A stretch of 40,669 bases of DNA from a virus. Taxonomy: Duplodnaviria > Caudoviricetes. Position numbers and translations under genes: made by a program. Location of the stretch: the IMG/VR virus record IMGVR_UViG_3300016263_000110, positions 1 through 40,669 of that record. The stretch is one strand, 5' to 3'. Shown here piece after piece: positions 35,710 to 40,669 of the stretch (position 1 is the first letter of the stretch; each line of letters begins with the position of its first letter). The notes under the pieces were generated by a model, which did no database searches, had not been told where the DNA came from, and saw only the letters and a list, made by a program, of their open reading frames with translations.

Positions 35710-35746
35710 GTAGACCTATCTGCTCCTTCCTCCTGGGTAGGTCTAC
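35710..35746 (+). promoter_or_regulatory. 12-bp hairpin with a pyrimidine (anti-SD-like) loop
   Basis: GTAGACCTATCT-GCTCCTTCCTCCT-GGGTAGGTCTAC. Confidence 0.6.
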
Positions 35747-35750
35747 ACTA

Positions 35751-35957
35751 ATGATTAATATAAACGGTGAAGAATTACCTGACCATATTAGTTACTCATC
35801 ACTAACAGATTTCTTATCTTGTGGTTATATGTATTACTTGTCTAGAGTTCGACAAGTAAAAGAGATACCAGCATGGTGGTTATTCGGTGGTATATCTGTA
35901 CATAAAGCATCAGAAACATTTGACTTAGACATGTGGAAGTTGGAAAATGACAAATAG
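35751..35957 (+). CDS. N-terminal part of a PD-(D/E)XK RecB/Cas4-like exonuclease
   Basis: HISYSSL..FLSC...YYL...G..VH motif. Confidence 0.7.
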   Translation: MININGEELPDHISYSSLTDFLSCGYMYYLSRVRQVKEIPAWWLFGGISVHKASETFDLDMWKLENDK

Positions 35958-36582
35958 TTTAGAAGATATTTGGAAGAATGCTTGGACTAATACTGAAACA
36001 GAAATGCGTGACCGCATTGGTCCTAACTGGAATGAGAAAGAGTTTCGTTCTGCCAATAAACGTAAACCTGAAGACAAATCATGGTGGTATACCAATGGTT
36101 TAGAGATGCTCAAGAACTATCAGCGTTGGAGAGCAACAAGTGATTGGAAAATTTGGACAGCACCAGATGGTAAGCCAGCAATTGAATTAGTTATGCAAGT
36201 TAACTTTGGTACAGCCTTAGTTAAGATGGCATTAGATAGAATTATGCAACGACCTGATGGAGAGTTAGTCGTTCTCGACCTCAAGACTGGCTCGAGAACT
36301 CCATCTACTACATTGCAATTAGGTTTCTATTCAGTAGGTATTGAACTAACCTATGGCATCAAGCCTAAGTTTGGTTCGTACTGGATGGCTAGAAAAGGTG
36401 AACCTACCGAACCTGTAAGCCTTGAATGGTATACAAAAGATAGGTTAATACGATTAGCAGAAATGTTTAATCGAGCAAGGTATGAAGGAATGTTCATACC
36501 AAACATATCCAATTGTTCACTATGCGGATACACCGCACACTGTGAATGGTACAAGAAAGAAGAGGACAAGACGAATGTCTGA
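35947..36582 (+). CDS. C-terminal catalytic part of a PD-(D/E)XK RecB/Cas4-like exonuclease
   Basis: IE...LDR...DLKTG...QL.FY and CSLCGYTAHC motifs. Confidence 0.8.
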   Translation: MTNSLEDIWKNAWTNTETEMRDRIGPNWNEKEFRSANKRKPEDKSWWYTNGLEMLKNYQRWRATSDWKIWTAPDGKPAIELVMQVNFGTALVKMALDRIMQRPDGELVVLDLKTGSRTPSTTLQLGFYSVGIELTYGIKPKFGSYWMARKGEPTEPVSLEWYTKDRLIRLAEMFNRARYEGMFIPNISNCSLCGYTAHCEWYKKEEDKTNV

Positions 36583-37012
36583 ATCAAAAATACAGGTAAG
36601 TTTTAAATTACCTAACGGAACAATACCTTTGTTTCGTGGCGACACTGTAGAAGAAGTACAAAAGTTAGTTGAAGTTGCAACACTTTCAGAAAACTTTATA
36701 GGTACATTGGATGCATTCGCTGAAGCAGCAGGTATAAATAAATCAGCACCTGTAATTACACAAACCCAAGCAATGACAAATGTATCTCAAGCATTGGGTG
36801 CCAGTGTGATTAGTATTAATGGTGCTGCACCAACACGTCATTGTTTACATGGCAAGATGACTGCCATTGAAGGCAATGGTCAATTTGGATTGTATAAAGC
36901 CTTCTTCTGTGCTGCACCTAAAGGTGCTACAGATAAATGTGCAACCATCTATTTAAAGAAGAAAGATGCAGACTATAACAAGTTTGTAGCGGACAAGGTT
37001 GCTGCCAAGTGA
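36575..37012 (+). CDS. Hypothetical protein with C-terminal C.HG...C...C finger
   Basis: AGAGGA RBS before ATG 36575; lies between the nuclease and helicase genes, as in actinophages. Confidence 0.7.
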   Translation: MSESKIQVSFKLPNGTIPLFRGDTVEEVQKLVEVATLSENFIGTLDAFAEAAGINKSAPVITQTQAMTNVSQALGASVISINGAAPTRHCLHGKMTAIEGNGQFGLYKAFFCAAPKGATDKCATIYLKKKDADYNKFVADKVAAK

Positions 37013-37803
37013 GAACCCTTTATAGGGCTGTCAGTGGTAAGGAAGTAGGGGGAGAACCACTCCCCCTCACTTTCAAATCATTACAGCAAAATGAAATAGT
37101 TTTACGTAGAGCAGAATTAAATCTTATTGCTGGCACTCCTGGTGCTGGTAAATCTAGTATTGCATTAGCAATTGCTGTTCAGGCTAAAGTTCCTACACTT
37201 TATATGTCTGCTGATACTAATGCACACACTATGGGTATGCGTGTTGTTTCTATGGCAACAGGTATGACTCAATCTAATGCTGAACAAATATTAAAGTATG
37301 AAAAAGATAGTGCAGAAAATATTCTTAAACAATTTGATTACTTACGTTGGTCTTTTGAATCAAGTCCAACACTTACAGACATTGATGAATCTGTTCAAGC
37401 ATTTGAAACAACATGGGGAACTAGTCCAACATTAATTGTTATAGATAATCTTATGGACATAGCAATGGATGGACATGAAGAGTTCTCTGGTATGAGAGCA
37501 GCAATGAAAGAATTAAAATATCTTGCTCGTGATACTAATGCATGTGTACTAGTATTGCACCATACTAAAGAAGGATTCACTGGTACACCATGTCAACCAC
37601 GTTCAGCGATACAAGGATTAGTTAACCAAATACCTGCACTAATATTAACTATTGGTCAAGAAATAATTGGTGAATCAATTTATCTTTGTGTTGCTGCAGT
37701 GAAGAATAGATATGGTAGAGCAGATGCTACAGGTAACACATTTACTATGTTGTCATTTGACCCATCAACTATGCAGTTGAAAGATGTTATAACAAATGAT
37801 TAA
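37009..37803 (+). CDS. DnaB/RecA-fold replicative helicase
   Basis: Walker A GTPGAGKS, Walker B LIVIDN, VLHH and KNRYG motifs. Confidence 0.85.
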   Translation: MRTLYRAVSGKEVGGEPLPLTFKSLQQNEIVLRRAELNLIAGTPGAGKSSIALAIAVQAKVPTLYMSADTNAHTMGMRVVSMATGMTQSNAEQILKYEKDSAENILKQFDYLRWSFESSPTLTDIDESVQAFETTWGTSPTLIVIDNLMDIAMDGHEEFSGMRAAMKELKYLARDTNACVLVLHHTKEGFTGTPCQPRSAIQGLVNQIPALILTIGQEIIGESIYLCVAAVKNRYGRADATGNTFTMLSFDPSTMQLKDVITND

Positions 37804-37954
37804 TGACACTGAACAAGGCTACGTTGTTATTAGATGTGAACGATGTGGCATGGACGGTGGACAAGTTGCATATGGTTGGGCTATATTGTGTGACCAATGT
37901 AAACATTTAGATGACCAAGAATGGTGGGAAGATGGGAAAAGGGAAGAAAGGTAA
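37796..37954 (+). CDS. Small Zn-finger protein, 52 aa (CERC...CDQC)
   Basis: Hand-translated; overlaps the helicase stop. Confidence 0.55.
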   Translation: MINDTEQGYVVIRCERCGMDGGQVAYGWAILCDQCKHLDDQEWWEDGKREER

Positions 37955-38120
37955 GTCTTCGGGTGTCAGAAATTCTGACAGACCGAATGGTAAATCTTGG
38001 AAAAAGAATCCAAGAAAACCTAGAAAGACTGGACGCACCACTGGTGGGTACAGTCAAGCGAAGATAAAGATAAGAGCGGAGAAAAGAAATGTCACTACCT
38101 CAAGTGATAGTCTACGGTAG
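37932..38120 (+). CDS. Small basic protein (MGKGKKGK...)
   Basis: K/R/G-rich; fills the gap; start may be 37911. Confidence 0.5.
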   Translation: MGKGKKGKSSGVRNSDRPNGKSWKKNPRKPRKTGRTTGGYSQAKIKIRAEKRNVTTSSDSLR

Positions 38121-38406
38121 ATTAACCGAAGACCCAGAAGTAAAAGAAATCAACTCTAAGAAAGTATTAAACTATAGAGTTGCAGCCAATGCTAGAAAAC
38201 AAAACGAACAAGGCGAATGGGTTGATGCTGCAACTACATACCTTGATGGTTCATATTGGGGTGACTATGCTGCATCTATTGGACTTAAAAAAGGTGACGC
38301 AGTAGTTATCAATGGTGAACTTAGACAACGTTCATATGAAACTAAAGACGGAGACAAACGTACCGTCTATGAAATTAGTACAGATTCTATAGCGAAAACT
38401 AAATAA
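38089..38406 (+). CDS. ssb: Single-stranded DNA-binding protein
   Basis: GRLT.DPE, LKKGD.V...GEL.QRSYE..DG.KR motifs; lacks the acidic C-tail. Confidence 0.88.
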   Translation: MSLPQVIVYGRLTEDPEVKEINSKKVLNYRVAANARKQNEQGEWVDAATTYLDGSYWGDYAASIGLKKGDAVVINGELRQRSYETKDGDKRTVYEISTDSIAKTK

Positions 38407-38777
38407 TGAGTAGCCCCAGCAAACGTAAAGGTTCACAGGCTGAACGTGATGTTGTACAACATCTTGTACAACATGGCTGGAAGTATGCTGAACGCCGTCT
38501 TGCTGGGGATATTCACGACAAAGGTGATGTATCTGGTGTACGTGGAGTATGTATAGAGATTAAGAACCATGCCAAGATGGACTTAGCAGGATGGTTACAA
38601 GAACTTTTAGTTGAAATAGTTAACGCTAAAGCAGATACAGGTGCAGTGATACATAAACGTAAAGGCAAGTCTGATGTTGGTCAATGGTATGCAACAATGA
38701 CTGTAGATATCTGGATACAATTATTGAAAGAAGCAGGATATGAGGAAAAGATTACCAGAAAAGGATTTAAAAATTAA
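38406..38777 (+). CDS. Holliday junction resolvase (Hjc-like PD-(D/E)XK)
   Basis: K.KG...ER, D.GD and IEIKN motifs. Confidence 0.8.
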   Translation: MSSPSKRKGSQAERDVVQHLVQHGWKYAERRLAGDIHDKGDVSGVRGVCIEIKNHAKMDLAGWLQELLVEIVNAKADTGAVIHKRKGKSDVGQWYATMTVDIWIQLLKEAGYEEKITRKGFKN

Positions 38778-39129
38778 AGATGTACTCACATATTACAATG
38801 TTAAACTTCCAAACAAAACATACGGTAGACTTAGTATCTTATGTCCATTCCATAATGACAGTAAGAAATCTGCTGTCGTAGATTTCGACACGCAAAGTTT
38901 CTGTTGCTTTGCTTGTGATGTTAAAGGCGACGGATACGATTTAATACAACATAAAGAAGGAGTAAATTTTAATGAGGCTATCAGTTTCGCAGCGAGAGTT
39001 TTTAATCAAAGCAGTACAACACTACGAAAAAAACGTGGACAAAGCGTCATCCTATTTGGAAGGGAGAGGACTATCCCTTCAGGAAGTAAGTCCGTTCCAC
39101 CTGGGCGTCGTGGTAGAACCACTACCTAG
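38740..39129 (+). CDS. Primase zinc-binding (CHC2) domain protein
   Basis: CPFH.D...S...F.CFAC...GD motif. Confidence 0.85.
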   Translation: MRKRLPEKDLKIKDVLTYYNVKLPNKTYGRLSILCPFHNDSKKSAVVDFDTQSFCCFACDVKGDGYDLIQHKEGVNFNEAISFAARVFNQSSTTLRKKRGQSVILFGRERTIPSGSKSVPPGRRGRTTT

Positions 39130-39595
39130 CCATGAACAATTCGTAGGACGATTATCTATCCCATACATTACAAGAAGTGGTGTAGTAGATATAAGGTTTC
39201 GTTCTTTAGATAACAGTGAACCAAAATATATGGGAATGACAGGTGCAGAAACAACACTATACAATGTTGAATCATTTTTCCAAGCAAAAAATTATATATG
39301 TATTTGTGAAGGTGAACTAGATACATTAACCATGGCAATAAAGACGCAGCATCCTGCTGTCGGTGCACCAGGTGCTGCGTCATGGAAACAACACTATTCA
39401 AGAATACTAGAAGATTTTGATGTAGTTCTAGTGTTAGCAGATGGTGATGAAGCAGGACTGGAGTTCGGTAAAAGAATACAAAGAGCCGTGGCAAATGTGA
39501 GAATATTACAAATGCCTGAAGGTGAAGATGTAAATAGTTTAGTTCTTAAGAAAGGAACAGAGTACTTAGATGAACGAATCAAGCAAGCAATTTGA
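38972..39595 (+). CDS. Primase TOPRIM catalytic domain protein
   Basis: RL.IPY, FR, KY, CEGELD, DGDEAG and EDVN motifs; GAAGGAG RBS. Confidence 0.88.
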   Translation: MRLSVSQREFLIKAVQHYEKNVDKASSYLEGRGLSLQEVSPFHLGVVVEPLPSHEQFVGRLSIPYITRSGVVDIRFRSLDNSEPKYMGMTGAETTLYNVESFFQAKNYICICEGELDTLTMAIKTQHPAVGAPGAASWKQHYSRILEDFDVVLVLADGDEAGLEFGKRIQRAVANVRILQMPEGEDVNSLVLKKGTEYLDERIKQAI

Positions 39596-39866
39596 ATCTA
39601 TCTTTGATTTAATTGAAGATAAAGAAATAAATATACCAGCAGTACAATTAAAGAATGGTGCAGTAGTAAATATATTAAAAGCATTAACAGATATCTATAA
39701 TGATTTAGATGATGTTAACAATATTAATAATGTTAGAATGGATATAGATTTATTAGCAACACTTTTATTATCTGATGAGAATGAGATAGCAAAAGATAGG
39801 TTAATAACTTGGCAAGCAAACATATTAACAAATCAATTAGAGAAAGAAATCCAAGATGCAATATGA
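39570..39866 (+). CDS. Hypothetical protein
   Basis: 98 aa, acidic; overlaps both neighbours. Confidence 0.6.
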   Translation: MNESSKQFESIFDLIEDKEINIPAVQLKNGAVVNILKALTDIYNDLDDVNNINNVRMDIDLLATLLLSDENEIAKDRLITWQANILTNQLEKEIQDAI

Positions 39867-40167
39867 TATCGAGAAGTTTAAAGATGAATCGATGGCTATC
39901 TATGATGAGGCATGGAATCTACTAGTACAAAAACAAATAGATTACGGACCATACAATATTGCAAACGCACCAGGAGGACCATTAAATGGTCTGATGGTGC
40001 GGATGCACGACAAGATGGCAAGATTAAATAACTTAGTATATGTAGTTAAAGACACGCCAAAGAACGAGTCGATAGAAGATTCTTTCATAGACCTGCTAAA
40101 CTATTCAGCAATTGCTCTAATGGTACTTCGTGGCAAATGGTCAGGAGTTCCTCGTCAGCCAGACTAA
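39856..40167 (+). CDS. Nucleotide-modification-associated domain 1 (DUF1599-like, MazG-related helical fold)
   Basis: K..DYG..NI...R..DK..RL...ES..D...DL.NY motifs. Confidence 0.8.
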   Translation: MQYDIEKFKDESMAIYDEAWNLLVQKQIDYGPYNIANAPGGPLNGLMVRMHDKMARLNNLVYVVKDTPKNESIEDSFIDLLNYSAIALMVLRGKWSGVPRQPD

Positions 40168-40186
40168 AACAAAACAATAAAGTTAT

Positions 40187-40669
40187 ATGGACAAAACATA
40201 CATATTAGATTACACAGCAATAGTTAAACTAATATCATACGAGTATTCTCAGCGTTATCGCATGATAGATAGAGACGATATCAGTCAAGAGTTATGGCTA
40301 TGGTTTGCATCCAGACCTAATAAAGTTAAAGACTGGTATGAAAACTTTGAACAAAAAGACAGAGACAAACTCATAGCCAAATCATTACGTAATGCTGCAT
40401 TAAAGTTTTGCACTAGAGAAAAAGCAAAAATAGCAGGTTATGAAGTACAAGATAATTTCTACTATCAACCAGAAGTTATTGAAGAGTTTCTTCCATACAT
40501 ATTAACTGGTTCTTATATGATGCCAACAGGTGTTAATGATGTTAACTACAAGCCAGATAGAAACTCTGTAGCAGAGTCTAATACTTGGCTGGCTGTACGT
40601 GCAGACATATCTGAAGCCTTTGATTGTGTAGAAGAAAGACATCAGAATGTGTTAAGACTTAGGTTTAAC
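40187..40669 (+). CDS. Sigma-70-like factor, N-terminal part (continues at 1-156; 212 aa total)
   Basis: DDISQELWLW region-2-like segment; open to the window end and in frame with position 1. Confidence 0.8.
   Translation, partial: MDKTYILDYTAIVKLISYEYSQRYRMIDRDDISQELWLWFASRPNKVKDWYENFEQKDRDKLIAKSLRNAALKFCTREKAKIAGYEVQDNFYYQPEVIEEFLPYILTGSYMMPTGVNDVNYKPDRNSVAESNTWLAVRADISEAFDCVEERHQNVLRLRFN

Larger units (their letters stand above)
1..40669. mobile_element. Complete circularly permuted tailed phage genome (podovirus-like; probable Actinobacteria host)
   Basis: Terminase, portal, capsid, tail, lysis and replication genes lie in two divergent arms, and an ORF continues in frame across the 40669/1 junction. 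No tail tube or tape-measure-type gene was recognised. Rpf, gp88-like, split primase and sigma-like genes resemble those of actinophages. Confidence 0.93.

Noticed and set aside
35947-36582. Cas4 as evidence of a CRISPR-Cas system
   Set aside because: No array or other cas genes; solo Cas4/RecB-like nucleases are routine in phage replication modules.
1-40669. Stop-codon reassignment, integrase/att site, diversity-generating retroelement
   Set aside because: The standard code gives dense, full-length genes; no recombinase, reverse transcriptase or TR/VR pair was seen.

Overview
This window is a complete, circularly permuted dsDNA phage genome with low GC (mid-30s % by eye). An ORF starting at 40187 reads in frame across the window end into bases 1-156 and encodes a sigma-factor-like protein. 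There are two divergent arms. The minus-strand late arm (29298->977) holds large terminase, portal, large internal virion proteins (one with an SLT domain), scaffold, N4-gp56-like major capsid, a run of nine small, mostly very basic proteins, podovirus-type tail, fibre and Gly-rich adhesin genes, and a lysis module (holins, M23 peptidase, stand-alone Rpf-like transglycosylase). The plus-strand early/replication arm (29833->40669->928) holds many small Cys-rich proteins, DUF932, gp88-like protein, a split PD-(D/E)XK nuclease, helicase, SSB, resolvase, a split primase, Nmad1 and the sigma factor. Gene content suggests a lytic podovirus of low-GC, probably freshwater, Actinobacteria (inference). 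I saw no integrase, DNA polymerase, tRNA or CRISPR array. The most unusual signals are a promoter/terminator-bracketed structured ncRNA candidate (32050-32270), an array of basic peptides with a leaderless-bacteriocin-like AKYGxxAV motif, a free Rpf, a pseudoknotted scaffold leader, a hairpin displaying an anti-Shine-Dalgarno loop, and apparent GATC/AGCT avoidance. All calls come from reading the sequence; no database searches were run.
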